A stretch of 64,000 bases of DNA from NCBI RefSeq assembly GCF_009914755.1, contig NC_060926.1; one strand, given 5' to 3'. This document shows positions 44,830-59,469 of this stretch, one piece after another (positions within the stretch are counted from its first letter, which is position 1; every line of letters starts with the position of its first letter). A program made the translations under genes and the position numbers. This DNA comes from the human T2T-CHM13v2.0 reference genome, Homo sapiens. The notes under the pieces are model-generated. The model had not been told where the DNA came from. It saw nothing but the letters and a program-made list of their open reading frames with translations, and did not search any database.

Positions 44830-45530
44830 ACAATGAGCCAGAAATCACAAAATGCAAATTAAACCACTGTAACATATTATTCTACAGTCAATACCTCGGC
44901 AACAATTTTTAAGTCTGACCATACCAAGTATTGTCAAGAAAGTGGTTTTATAGAATCTTCTGTATGTCATGTGTGGTGAGAATATAAACTGGTACAACCA
45001 CTTTGTAAAACAGTTTTGACATAATCTCCTATGACCCAGCAATTCTGGTCCATTCATCACAACATTGTTTTTAATATTCAGAGCCAGAAAACAACTCAAA
45101 TGTCCTTTAATAGTAGGATAGCTATGTGCATTGTGGTATAGTCATACAATGACTACTATATAGTAATAAAATAAATCAGCGGTAACCACATACGACAATA
45201 GGATTACAGACCACAAGCTTAATGTTGAGGAGGAAAAAGACACAAAATACATACAGTAATAGTCCATTTACATAAAATTGAAAAACAGGGGAAATTAAAC
45301 TTTACTCTTTAGGGATGCATAATAAAAGTGGGAAATACATTTTTAAAAATAATATTATGATAAAGGATAGGATAAGTTTACTTCTAGGGAAGAAAAGGGG
45401 CCTGTGCTTTGGAAGGGGCAGATTGGGAGTCCTGGCGTGTAGCAGTAGTATATCCACTTAGCTGGTTTAAGGGAGAGTTTTCTTTTTCTCACTGCACATT
45501 ATATTGCACAATAAAAATCTTAAATAAGGA
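44830..45530 (+). mobile_element. old L1ME 3' fragment
   Basis: AAATGCAAATTAAACCAC...AACTGGTACAACCACTTTG...TATGACCCAGCAATTC. Confidence 0.7.
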
Positions 45531-45569
45531 AGAAAACATTAGAACCAGATATGACAAAGAAAGAGGCAG

Positions 45570-45960
45570 TTGCAACTCATGGAGACAGAGAGAATAATGG
45601 TTACTAGACACTGGGAAGAATAATCAGGGGAAAGGAGGGAGATGGTTAATAGGTATAAAAATACAGTTAAAGAGAAGGAATAAGATCTAGTGCTGAGTAG
45701 CACAATAGGGCAAGTATAGTTAACAATAATTTATTATGTATTTCAAAATAACTAAAAGAGTGGAAGTGGAATATTCCAAACACAAAGGAATGATAAATGC
45801 TTGAGGTGACAGATGCCCCAGTTATGTTGATTTGATCATTACACACTCAATACTTGTATCAGAATATCACGTCTCCCATAAGTATTTAAAAAGAAAAAGT
45901 TTCTTAAAAAACAAACTAATCAATACAAAGAATGATTTGTTGTCATTGCTATTTTTTTAA
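45570..45960 (+). mobile_element. L1MA 3' end
   Basis: AACTCATGGAGACAGAGAG...GGAATAAGATCTAGTG...TTTGATCATTACAC. Flanked by AAAGAAAGAGGCAG on both sides. Confidence 0.8.
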
Positions 45961-48339
45961 AAAAAGAAAGAGGCAGAGAAGAAAGGAAAGAAAGAGGGGA
46001 GAGAAGATTAATATGTATACTTGGTAGCCCTAATTAATTTGGGGCTATGGCAAGAATGCCATGGCCAAAAGACATTTGGGAGAAATGGTTGTGTCCATGT
46101 AAAGAATGGCTCATTCTCTCATCCTCCAGTTCTAAGTATTAAGTGAGGTCTTTCTCCTTGAAGACTAGCTAAGGAAGGAGAAAGAATGGCAGACAGAGAC
46201 AGCCTCCTGCCCTATCACTTTTGCCTTCAGGGCTCCCTTCCCTTCTCCTGGGAACCCCATTGCTGTTTCTGTGTCCCCTCACCCTGCTGTGGGAGTGCAA
46301 GGCTCTGAAGACTGTGGCAAGGAGGAAATTCTCAACCTTTGCACTCAGATTTCCAGCACCTGAGGTAGCCCAACCATGGGGCCCAATACCATTTACTCAC
46401 ATTTTCCACTTCTTCTGCTGTATTGTCTGTATTGCTGAAAGCCATTTCATGTGTTTTCTCATTTGATGCCTCAAAGAGCCTCCTGACATGGGTAGAGCAG
46501 GTATTGTTAATATTCATGGAAAATTGGAGCCGCGAATGAGTCAGTCAGGGTCACTCAGCTTGGATGAGAATGCAGGCCCCCATATCTGAATCTACTTCAA
46601 TAAGCCATCCTACAAGCCCCACATATCACCAAAGTGTAGCATCCACAACCCACACCCCAAGTTTAAGTGGCTCTGTACATTTGAGAGGGCCATTGAAAGC
46701 CCAGAGATGCTATGGAGGAAGTTGTGTTAACCACATGTCAAAGTACTAGGTGACAAGAAGATGGCATTCGTATCAAATTCCGATCTCCTTAACTTTTCAG
46801 TAGAGTCTAAATATCTCTGCAGAGCTTGCTTTCTCTGCTATGAACTATACATACTTTCTTCATTTCACAAAGCATGGAAGAAACAAAGGATTCTACGACT
46901 CGCCAAAGGTTTTAGCCCTTCATTGTTTTATCTCAGAGAAAAGGGGAGAAAGTGAGAGCTTCTCCTGTGTTTCAAAGATCTAATTTTTGGTGTGAAAGAG
47001 TAAGTGGCTCAGAGCTGACCTCTTTGAAGCATGTGGTGAAGAATGAAAAAGAAATGGACAAGTGAAAAATCAATACTTCTTCACTATTATCTATCAGTCC
47101 AGGGAAACCAATCCCAAATGTACATTTCTTTTGCTGCTTCAGTTACTATAAATATTACACACTAATATCAACATTTAGGATGTTTTGGTTGTATATTATA
47201 GCGTTGTCTAGGAAAAATTTTAATGTTTAAAAACTTCTTTGTGGTGTGATTTTTTTTTTTTAATGTACTGTGCTAAAAATTGTTACTGGTAAAATAGATG
47301 TGCTGGTGTGTGACTATTGGTATTTCAAAATGATTCTTTGTTTTACAAAAGTATTCATTGATCCCAATCTTTCTCATAGGTCTCATACTAACATTGTGAA
47401 ATTTGATTCAGTGCCCCCCTGAAAAAGATATAATTACAGCCTCTTAAGATTCATCTATTATATAAAGTGAGGACCATTTATATATTCATCTGAGTTACAA
47501 ATTCAACAAAGCCCTTTTTAAAAATATTCCAGAAATTATTCCATCACTTCTCTCTATTTAAAATCTAAAATCAGCCTAGGCTGTCACTGAAGAAAAAGAA
47601 ATGAGAATATGGCAAACCCAATGGTAAAGTAAATGTCCCAAGCCACCTCAAGATGCAAAAATCAAACTAGAATTTTTAATTACAATTAAAATAATCATAA
47701 TAACAGATTTAAAGGATCTACAATAATAAATTTAAAGGATAATTTTTCAAATTCTAGTAAATATACCCATTAAAGTTTATGATCTACTTAAAATATCAGG
47801 CAGATTTGAAGCATTATACAGCTCTCACAGTCAATTTGAACAAAGATAGCAGCCTTACTGAATTTTTCAATTTGAGCAACTCTTCCACCTAGTTTTCCAC
47901 ATGAGCAGAAAACCTGCTATTTTGCTGAATCTGGCCTCTTCAAAACAATCCTCCAAAAAACAGGAATAAAGCCACCCAATGTCTGCTCCAAAACACCCTG
48001 TTTAGGAAACATGAGCATTTTTCCAACAGGTTTCATCACGGAGTGACCCTAGGCAACTTCCTTCACTTCTCTAAGTTTCCATATCCCTGCCCATAAAATG
48101 GAGATAATAATCAGGACTTGCCTCCTAAGGTTGTTCTAAGAATTAAAATAATACACAGATAGGATTTAGAATATTGTCTAGAAAAAAAAATGAACAGCAG
48201 CTGTTGTTCTTTGAGCTAGGAATTAGGGAATATAGGTTCTACCACTAACTGCCACAACTAGCTACATGGTGTTGGAAAGATTGACTCTCAACTCCCACAG
48301 GCCTTTATCTCCTCATTGAAATATGGAGATCTTTTGGGG

Positions 48340-49840
48340 TCACTAACTCTGCTGTTTTCATTTACAACTCTGACACTAAATGTGTCAGTGTTTTTCCACA
48401 CCAAACAACCAGTTCTCCAACCCTCCAGAAGCCAACTAGATGTCCTACAATCCAGTTCAGTTCAGACACTATCCAGAATTAGTGCAGACCCCACAAGGTA
48501 AGGACTCAGGCCCATAAGTCTGTCCCCACTTCAGACACCAATGGCAAGTCCCCAGCCTCCTGTACTTCTGACTGACTCTCTATGTTATTACCCAATGGGT
48601 TCATCTTGCTAGCTGCATAGATAAAACCAATTCACTGAGACAGCAGTATTGCAGCAAATAAAGGATTTAATAATCAGAGGGCTAGCCAAGAGAAAGGATG
48701 GGAGTAATTATTCAAGTCATCCTCTCCAAATATTCAGAGACTGTGGTTTTTCAAAGATAGTTTGGTGGGCAGGGGGCTAGGGAGTGAGGAATGCTGATTG
48801 GTTGGGTCAGAAATGAAATCATAGAGAGTTGAAGCTGTCTTCTTGCACTGAGTCAGTTCCTAGATAGAGTCATAGGACCAGTTGAATCAGTTTCTTAGTA
48901 TGGGTCATGGGTCCTGGGGTCAGCTGGTTACCAGAATGCAAACGTCTGAAAAATATTTCAAAGACCAATCTTAGGTTTTGACAATAGTAATGTTATCTTA
49001 GCAGAATTCAGGCCCGTCGCACAATCCCAATCTTTTGAGCTTTCATTAGTCCTAAAAAGGTGGTCTTTGTCCCCAAGCAAGGATTGGTTAGTTGTAGGAA
49101 GGGACTGTTATCAACGTTTTTTTAAGGTTAACAAAGGCAGTTAGCTTATGAGTTTAGAATCAAGATAGAGACAGTTAGGTTAAATTTCTCTCACTGTTGT
49201 AATTTTTGAAAAGACAATTTCTGCTATAAATCTCATGACTCCCTTCTCAAATTTGATAATTTGCTAGAATGGCCCACATAACTCAGGAAGACACTTCACT
49301 TACTATTACCAATTTATTATGAAGGATAAAACTCAAGAACAGCCAGGTGGAAGAGCTGCATAGGCCATGGTATAGGGGAGGGGCGTGGAGCATTTAGGCC
49401 CTCTCCAGGCCCACCACTCTCCTAGCACCTCTATGTGTTCACTGACCCAGAAGCTCCCCATACCCCATCATTTGGGGGCTTTATGGAGGTTCCAATACAT
49501 TGGCAAGGTTGATTAAATCATTGGCTATTGATGACTGAACTCAATCTCCAGCCCCTCTCCCCTCCCAGGAGGTTGGGGTGTGGGGCTGAATGTTCCAACC
49601 CTCTAATCACATGGCTTATTCCTCTGGCAACCATACCCCATCCTGAAGCTATCTCAGGGCCTACCAAGAGTCACCTAATTAGCATAAACTCAGGTGTGGT
49701 TGAAATAGGCTCATTATGAATAACAAAAGATGCTCCACTTACCCCTATTACTCAGGAAATTATAAAGATTTTAAGAGCTCTGTGACAGGAACTGGTGACA
49801 AAGACAAAATATATATCTTTTATTATATCACAATATCACA
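48340..49840 (-). mobile_element. MER21-family LTR split by LTR8
   Basis: CAGACCCCACAAGGTAAGGACTCAG...GATAATTTGCTAGAATGGC...ACTCAGGAAATT...ATCACAATATCACA. Left boundary approximate. Confidence 0.75.
48583..49222 (-). mobile_element. LTR8-family ERV1 solo LTR
   Basis: Minus strand starts AGAAATTGTCTTTCAAAAATTACAACAGTGAGAGAAATTTAACCTAAC. Flanks TCTA/GCTA. Confidence 0.75.
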
Positions 49841-50185
49841 CTAACTCAAGGCCCTCAGAGATAAGGCAAGGAATACACATGAAGTATGCCAGGTTTAAGA
49901 GAACAGAAAGGCTTGGAAGCTTTCATAAACTTGAGAGTTCTTCCCAACCTAAAAGCATTCAGATTCTAAAGGTGTTAAGCACACCGAGGCTGCCAGACCA
50001 CATAAATACAGGTCTCATTCTGTAAATGACTTGACAATTTGCAACATCTTGTGACTATGCTAATATTCTTTTCAGCTGTGGCATTTTCTTACTCTTGTTT
50101 TCCATGCTCTTCCTTTTCCTAAAATCTATCCCAGGTAAATGAACAGTGGGTCAACCAAAGGAGTGAATGATTTTTGACATTGTCT

Positions 50186-51140
<955 letters not shown>

Positions 51141-51597
51141 GTCTCTAACATCTAAGCTGCCCCGTTCCCTTACTTTCCACCTCCACAAACACGTATGTAA
51201 CCCCTTCACACACATGCACACCATTTCCTGAGACTACCACTTTGAGTGCATATTTTACATGAACCATGCACACATTCTTTGCAGCTCTCTGTGAAGCTGG
51301 CTCTCTTTGTGTTTTAAGACAGAGATGACATGCTTTATATGTTCTGTTCAGTGCTCAGCTCTTTGCAGACATTTAAGCCATGATGATGAAAAAGCGTACC
51401 AGTACAAGTTCCCATTTAAATGGCTTCTAGACTTTTCTTGGTTCTCTGAGCAAACAGTACAATCCTATTGCCTCATAAGTCTATAGCAAATAAGATGTGT
51501 TCCAAAGTGCTGAATTCCTTTTCCTCCTTTTGCTTTCTATTCAAAGCCTAATTGATGCAGAACAATTCCTTAAAGCTGTCTCTTTTTTTCCTCCTAG

Positions 51598-51935
51598 ATC
51601 ATCCACAAACTACAAGTAACATGTAGTTACAACATGGGGCTCAGAATGTACCAAGAACATCCTATGTCTACAGAAAGGAGTAAAACACAAAGACTAAACA
51701 GAGTTACCTATTTCTTGTTAGCCTGAGAAAAATTCTTTTCAGATGTCTTTCATTACCTCAGAAATGGAGGCAAATGCTTTAAGAAGGGTCATATAATACT
51801 TTGAAAGGCTATTGCCATGGTGTGGTTATTAAGCTCTTGGGAAATGATGGGCTTCTCTTCAAGTATAAGGAACAATTGTGCCCCCTAAGAGTCATCTTGA
51901 ATTGGAATGAAATAAACTGGTTACTCCAGAGAGCA
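51598..51935 (+). other. candidate terminal exon of an unidentified transcript
   Basis: Acceptor CTGTCTCTTTTTTTCCTCCTAG ending at 51597 and AATAAA at 51911-51916, in unique sequence. No transcript evidence available. Confidence 0.3.
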
Positions 51936-54900
51936 AAAAAAATGATTGATTAAGGATTAGAAACTGTGGTGTTTGGGTCTCTAACCTCTGGCTCTTTCTG
52001 ACATATTCTGTAGGCCAATAGAATACAGGTTGAGTCTTTCAAAAACTCCCTGACTTCTAGCTATAATGTCACATATGGTAAAATGAGCTCAGCACAGAGT
52101 TATGTTTTTCTTTTCTTACTCCTCACAGTAAGACTAAATTCCAAGAGTGGGATTGAAAAAGGGAGGTAGACAGCTGAGAAATACCAGCAGGCCTTGGAAG
52201 TGAAAACTACAATACAACCTCAAGCGTGAACAATCACAAAAACATGCCTGTCAGTAATAAAGAACCTGAAAGCAAGGGATGTCTCCTCCCCAAGCTGTTT
52301 GCATCCATTTTTCCAGTCCTGAGAAGTTAGGGAAATCTAGGTATTTGTTTAAATTCATGGAAGTGTACTTGGCTTATAGATCCAGGAGGAAAATACTAAT
52401 GTGGTGCCCCTAATCCAACGTAGGAAAATATCTGAGACTTGAATCAGCTCTGTTTTTTTCTAACTTACTCATTAATGATATTTTCTTTCCTGGAAGACAT
52501 TTCTATAAGTCAAGCCAAACCTGTCCTAGGGAAGGGCCTTGAAATAATTCTTTTTTCCTTTTTCCCTGTGGTGCTGAAAGTTCATGGTCAGCTGCACAGG
52601 CTGTTTAGTTAGTGGGTTCTCAATAGGCTCTGGCCAAAACATCAAGGTTTTTCTGTCTCTCACTGCAGGCTGGGACACTAGAAACCTGGCTGGAAATCAT
52701 AAAATGGAAGAATAAACAACATACAATGTACAAGAGCCAGTGCTGTGGTGATATTTATTGTTGCTTTATAGATTTGGATTTGGAATGCTAGCTTTATATA
52801 GTCTAGTTAATTCCTTTGGTGTTACTTATAATTTGGGTAGAGAGGGTAGTAGACTAGAGGAAGTAGCAGATTAAATATTTTTGATCTGTGAAGAGGAGAA
52901 GCAGTATGTCCAAACAGCGGGCTTCCCAGCCACCTTAAGCTACTAAAGCCCCATCTTTATGTGCATAGCTCAAGAGTACCAGACTCAGGGGAAGCCCTAT
53001 TTCACCACTCAACTGTGAGCTTAGGAAGTAAAGTCAGTATTGGTTATAGAAAGACTGATCATTTTTGAAGTCTACAGAAGGAAGGCATTCGAATCTATAC
53101 ATTTATTATTCTGTGAATCTGAATACACATTTGTTGACGTCCAGCTATTGTAGATAGAATATTTTCATAAAGAATTCTGTTTTGCCTTTTAAAAATCAAT
53201 AGTAACTGAATCATATCTTCAAGATAAATTCTCTGGAATGAGATAGTTGAACTAAAAGGTATAAATGCCTTTATGCTTCGTTTGGTTCCTATTGCCAAGC
53301 TGCATCCCATGAAGACAACAGTGATAAGCCGTGCTGGCTGCTGGGTGTGAGTGTACCAATTTCTCTTGGGCTTTGTCAGCAGTGGATTTTTGTTTCACTT
53401 TAAAATGAGCACAAAAAGGAATTTCAAAGTCACTCTACTTCCACTGCAACTTAAAGTAGTTTCAAAGTAGTTTTATCTCATTAATTTATACCAATAGGAA
53501 ATTGGACTCCTTCATAACAGCATATCTTCTTTTCAAGATCTAATTTTCTGTACTTGTGTAGTCAGTACCAAATTAGGCTACGGATTTAAAAATGAAGCTT
53601 AGTATTGAGGCAATTATCCTTCCACTCTCTGCTGTATTTTGGAACAACAACAACAAAAAACCACTGTTGCTAGAAGCAGTAATAATACTACTCCCACCAA
53701 GAGTACTGGCTATGAGTTCTAGATATTTCACTAATCAGCTGGACATACTTGGACAAGTATTTAATCTCTGCCCTCAATTTTATCTTCTGTAAAGTAGAGG
53801 TACTATTTGCTCTGTTACATTCACAAGATTGTCTTAAATATTGAGTAGAATAATAATGGTAAGAGTGTTTTGAGAAATAATATTTATTAAAAACATGACA
53901 ACAAGTAATAAGTGAATAATAATAAATAACAATAACTCAGATGTCTGTCAATATTAAAGTCGCTATGTAGAAGAGTAAGAAGGCTCAGAGGGAAAGTTTA
54001 AAAATTGTAGTAGAAAAAAATTACAAGCAGAGCAACAATTTCATTATTTCCTTATCCTCTTTAGATTTTTCTAAAAAGACATGTAGCTTTCAAATACATT
54101 TACACATGGTGTCAATTCCCCTGAGGAAAAGCAAATAAATATGAATCAAATTTAATGTTTATCAATAAAATCATCAAAATTCACATTTATACATCATGTA
54201 CTGGCAAGTAAAATCCACAAATCCTCCCAAAACAGAAGTGTGTTGGAAAAGCAGCAGCTACTGAGATGACTCACAGTAAACTACAGGTATTTGATTTTCT
54301 GATACTATCATAAATTGCATTTTTTTTAATTGTTGCTAAAAACTATCATATACTGAGAAGATAAACTAAAGAAGTCTTAAATAAACAGAGACATATTCCA
54401 AATGTAAGGTTTGGAAAACTCAAGACTGTTAAGATGCCAGTTCTTCTCAAACTGATCTATAGAATCAATGCAATCACAATCAAAATCCTGTCATGTTTAT
54501 GTGTGCGCCTGTACATGTGTGTGTAAATTGACAAGTTGATTCTGAAAGGTATATGGAAATGCAAAGAGAAGGGAGGAGACAAGAAAATTTGAAGAAGAAA
54601 ATGTTGAAAAACAACACTCCCAGATTTCAAGACTTATTCTAAAGCTACAGTAATTAACACATGGTGGTACTGGTGCAAAGATAGACAAACAGACCAATGG
54701 AACAAAATAGAGAGAAATGAACCCTCACGAGTACAATCACTTCATTAATGACAAAGGCAACACTGCATTTCAGTGAAGAAAAAGTGGTCATTTGAACAAA
54801 TGGTGCTGGAGAAACTGGATATCCATATGGAAAAAAGTGAACTTTGACCTTTATCTCACACTGTGCGCTAAAACTAGTTCAGGATGGACCATAAGCCTAA

Positions 54901-55094
54901 ATGTGAAAACTAAAATAATCACACTTTTAGAAGAAAACAGGAGGAATAGCTTTGTGAACTTGGGACAGGCAAAGATTTCTCAAACAGAACATAAAAAGCA
55001 CTAATGCTTTTTTTTTAAATGATAAATTGGGTTTCAGTCCTATTCATAATCATTAACAAATAGTCAAGGCACAGACTGAGAGGTGATATTTGTA

Positions 55095-55335
55095 ATATCT
55101 ATATTAATATATATATAATAATTATACATGTTATTTTATATATATTCATACAATTGCATACATATCTACATACCGATTTCATACATATCTACATGCCATT
55201 ATGCATACAATTATATATAATTATGCATACAATTACATATAATTAATATGCATACAATTATATATAATTAATTGCATACAATTATATATGTAGATGCATA
55301 CAATTATATATAATTAATATAAATTTATATATAAA
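55095..55335. repeat. AT-rich minisatellite, unit about ATGCATACAATTATATATAATT
   Basis: About five imperfect copies between 55200 and 55320. Confidence 0.85.
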
Positions 55336-55362
55336 ACAAAGATCTAACATCAAGAATACATA

Positions 55363-55650
55363 GGCCTAGCACAGTGACTCATGCCTGTAATCCCAGAACT
55401 TTGGGAGACCAAGGTGGGCGGATCACATGAGGTCAGGAGTTTGATATCAGCATGACGAACATGGTGAAACCCTGTCTCTACTAAAAATATAAAAATTAGC
55501 CGGGCATGGTGGTGCATGCCTGTAGTCCCAGCTACTCAGGAGGCTGAGGCAGTAGAATCACTTGAACCCAGGAGGCAGAGGTTGCAGTGAGCCAAGATCA
55601 CACCATTGCACTCCAGCCTGGGTGACAGAGTAAGATTCTGTCTCAAAAAA
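55363..55650 (+). mobile_element. AluS (Sx-like)
   Basis: Dimer, tail degenerating into (ATA/ATG)n. Confidence 0.93.
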
Positions 55651-57025
55651 TGATGATAATAATAATAATCATCATACTAATAATATATAAAGGCTTCTAC
55701 AAATCCATAGTAAAAAAAAAACAACCCAATTTAAAATAGGAAAAAGACTTGAATAGGCATTTCTTGCCACTCCTCACAAAAGAATGTCCAAATAACCAAT
55801 GAGCATAAGAAAAGATCAATATAATTTGTATCAGAGAATTACAAATCAAAACTATGATGGAATACCATAACACATACTCCAGGATTAGTAAAATTTAAAA
55901 AGACTGACAATAACAATTGTTGAAAAGGATGTGGAACAATTGGAACTCTCCTATATTACTTGTGGGAATGTAAATTAGTAGAACCAGTTTGGTAAATATT
56001 TGGCAATATCTACTAAAGCTAAACATATGTCTACCCTATTGATTCAGCAATTCCACTGCTAGATGCAAACCCAAGGAAAAGTGTGTGAATATGTCTGCCA
56101 AGAGACATGTATTATTCATAATAGCTAAAAAACCCTAAACATCAAAGTGTTCTTCAATAGTAGAATGGGTAACTGAAACATGATATAATCATATAATAAA
56201 ATTACCAATACATGCAACAACAGAAAGGAATCTCACAGACATTATGTTGAGAAAAAAAAACAGGCATAGTACATACTGGATGGGTTCATTTAAATGAATT
56301 TCAAGAACTGACAAAGCTAATCTGTGTTTATAGAAGTAGGAATTGGAATAGTGGTTTACTTCTGGGGAGCTATTCATGGGAAGGCGCACGAGGGAACTTT
56401 CTAGGGTGAAGGAAATATTCTACATTTTGATCTGAGAGGCTATTACAAGGTTACACACATACATAAAAATTCATTGACCATATACTTGACATTTGTGTTT
56501 CATAACTGCATGTAAATTATATTTAATTTTAAAAACAAAGAAGGAAATGGAATAAATTGCTGTTCACCTTAAAGATATTAAAAGTTGATCTCCTTTTTGA
56601 AATAGAATTCTAGACCCCTGGTGTTGGACGCTACTTTAAAGATAAGCCATTTCATTTTATGGCTGAACCCAAGGCCCGGAGTTTACAGGGTCTTGTTCAA
56701 AGCTAATAACAAATTAGGCTCAAAGTTAAGATCAGACACCAGGACTTCTGATGACCCTGCCCTTTCTTCTCCCTCACTCCACTTCCCTAAAGTACCCCTG
56801 AGAATGACGCTGACACCAAAGTGGGCTCTTCAGTCAATTACTACATTCTAGTAAGAGGCCTATGGAACTTTGCTCATGTCTCCCCTCTGCTGGAATTCTC
56901 TCCTAGTTTGTTTCACCTACCACATTCCTATCACCAACTTATTTTTCAAGACTCTGCTTACATCTCCCCATTTTTAGTGGGCTTTCTTTATCCTTTCTTC
57001 AGTGTAATTGATTCATCTCTATATC

Positions 57026-59449
57026 TGTATTAGTCCATTCTCATGCTACTATAAAGAAATACCTAAGACTGGGTAATTTATAAAGAAAAGAGGTTTAATT
57101 GGCTCACAGTTTCACAGGCTGTAAAGGAAGCATGGCTGGGGAGGTCTCAGGAAAGTTACAATCATAGTGGAAGGCAAAGGGGAAGCAGGTACTGAATTAT
57201 GATATAATAATCTTCATATGGTCAGAGCAGGAGGTGGGTGGGGAAGGTGCTACACACTTTTAAACAAGCAGATCTCATGATAACTCACTCAGTACCATAA
57301 GAACACCACAAAAGGGGAAATCCACCCCCAAGATCCAATCAACTCCCACCAGTCCCCACCTCAATATGGGGATTACAATTTGACATGAGATTTGGGCAGG
57401 GACACAGACCCAAACCATATCATTCTGCTCCTTGGCTCTCTCAAATCTCACGTCCTTCTCACATTTCAAAATACAATCATGCTTTCCCAACAGTAACCCA
57501 AAGTCTTAACTAATTCCAACATTAACTCAAAAGTCCAAAGTCACATCTGAGACAAGGCAAGTCCCTTCTGCCTATGAGCCTGTAAAATAAAAAACAAGTT
57601 ACGTTACTTCCAAGATATAATGGGGGTATAGACACTGGGTAGATACCCTCTTGTATTACTCGGCTGTCTGCCAAGAGAAAATTGGCCAAAATAAAGGGGT
57701 GACAGGCCCTGTGTGAGTTCAAAACCCAGCAGCGCAGTCATTAAATCTTAAAGCTCTAAAATAATTTCCTTTGATTCCATGTCTCACATCCAGGGCACAC
57801 TGATGCAATGGGTGGGTTCCCAAGGCCTTGGGCAGCTCTGCCTCTGTGGCACTGCAGGGCTCAGCCCCAACAGCTGGTCTCAAGGGCTGACGCTGAGTGC
57901 CTATAGCTCTTCAAGGTGCATTGTGCAAGCTATCAGTGGATCTACCACTCTGGGGTCTGGAGGATAGTCACTCTCTTATCACATCTTCACTAGGCAGTAC
58001 CGCAGTGGGGGCTCTGTGTAGGAGTTCCAACCTCACATTTTCCCTCCACACTACCTTAGTAGAGGTTCTCCATAAGGGCTCTGCCTCTGCAACAGATTTC
58101 TGCCTGGACATCCAGGCTTTTCCTGGAAACATCTTCTGAAGTCTAGGTGGGGGTTCCCAAGCCTCAACTCTTGCACTGTGTGCACTTGCAGGCTTAACAA
58201 CATGTGGAAGCCTCCAAGGCTTATGGTTCGCACCCTCTGAAGCTGCAGCCAAAGCTGTACCTTGGCCCCTTTTAGCCACGGCTGGAGCAAGAGTGGCCAG
58301 GATGTAGGGCACCATGTTCTGAGGCTGCACAGAGCAGTGAGGGCCCTAGGCCTGGCACATGAAACCATTCTTCCCTCTTAAGCCTCTAGGCCTGTGATTT
58401 GGGGTGGAGGCTGCTGCAAAGGTCTCTGAAATATCTTCAAGATGTTTCTCCCATTTTCTTGGCTATCAACATTTGCCTTCCTTTTAGTTATGTAAATTTC
58501 TGCACCCTGCTTGAATTCCTCCCCTGAAAATGGGTTTTTCTTTTCTACTATGTGGCCAGACTGCAACTTTTCCAAATTTTTACACTCTACTTTCCTTTTA
58601 AATATAAGTTCCAGTTTTACATTATTTATTTGCTCACAAATACGAGTACAGGATGCTAGAAGCAGCCAGGCCATAACTTGAATGCTTTCCTGCTTAGAAA
58701 TTTCTTCTGCCAGATACCCTAAATCATCACTCTCAAGTTCAAAGTTCCACAGATCCCTAGGGCAGGGGTACATTCCAACCAAGCTCCTTGCTAACTGATA
58801 ACAAAAGTGACCCTTATTCCAGTTCCCAATAAGTTTCTCATTTCCATCTGAGACCACCTCAGCCTAGACTTCACTGTCCATACCACTATCAGCATTTTGG
58901 TCATAACCATTCAACAAGTCTCTAAGAAGTTCCAAACTTTCCCTCATCTTCCTGTCTTCTTCTGAGTGCTCCACACTCTTCCAACCTCTGCCTGTTACTC
59001 AATTCCAAAGCTGCTTCCATATTTGCAGGTATCTTTATAACAATGCCCCACTCCTAAGTACCAATTTTCTGTATTAGTCTGTTTTTGCATTGCTATAAAC
59101 GAATACCTGAGACTGGGTACTTTATAAAGAAAAGATGTTTAATTGGCTCACAGTTCTGCAGGCTGTACAGGAAACATGGCTAGGGAGGCCTCAGGAAACT
59201 TAAAATCATGGCAGAAGGTGAAGGAGAAGCAGGCATGTCTTCACATGGCCAAAGCAGGAAGGAGGCAGGGGATGGTGCTACATACTTTTAAACAACCAGA
59301 TCTCACAATAACTCAGTATCATGAGAACAGCACCAAAGTGGAAATCCACCCCCATGATCCAGTCCACCTCCCACCAGGCCCCACCTTCAACACTGGGGAT
59401 TGCAATTTGACATGAGATTTGGGCAGGGACACAGACCCAAACCTTATCA
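57026..59449 (-). mobile_element. complete MSTA-type MaLR (LTR 57026-57422, internal, LTR 59070-59449)
   Basis: Both LTRs read TGTATTAGTC...CCAAACC(A/T)TATCA. Internal ORF remnant 58378-58857. Perfect 5-bp TSD ATATC. Confidence 0.95.
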
Positions 59450-59469
59450 ATATCTGTGATATAACAACT

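Larger units (their letters stand above)
54330..56540 (+). mobile_element. old L1M ORF2 3' part and 3'UTR, split by AT-rich repeat and Alu
   Basis: ORF 54792-55004 (NKWCWRNWISIWKK..DLYLT..LNVKTK..LLEEN). Confidence 0.85.

Noticed and set aside
58378-58857. 159-aa ORF
   Set aside because: Remnant of the MaLR internal ORF, homologous to 39716-40036, and starts at a non-ATG codon. No evidence of domestication.
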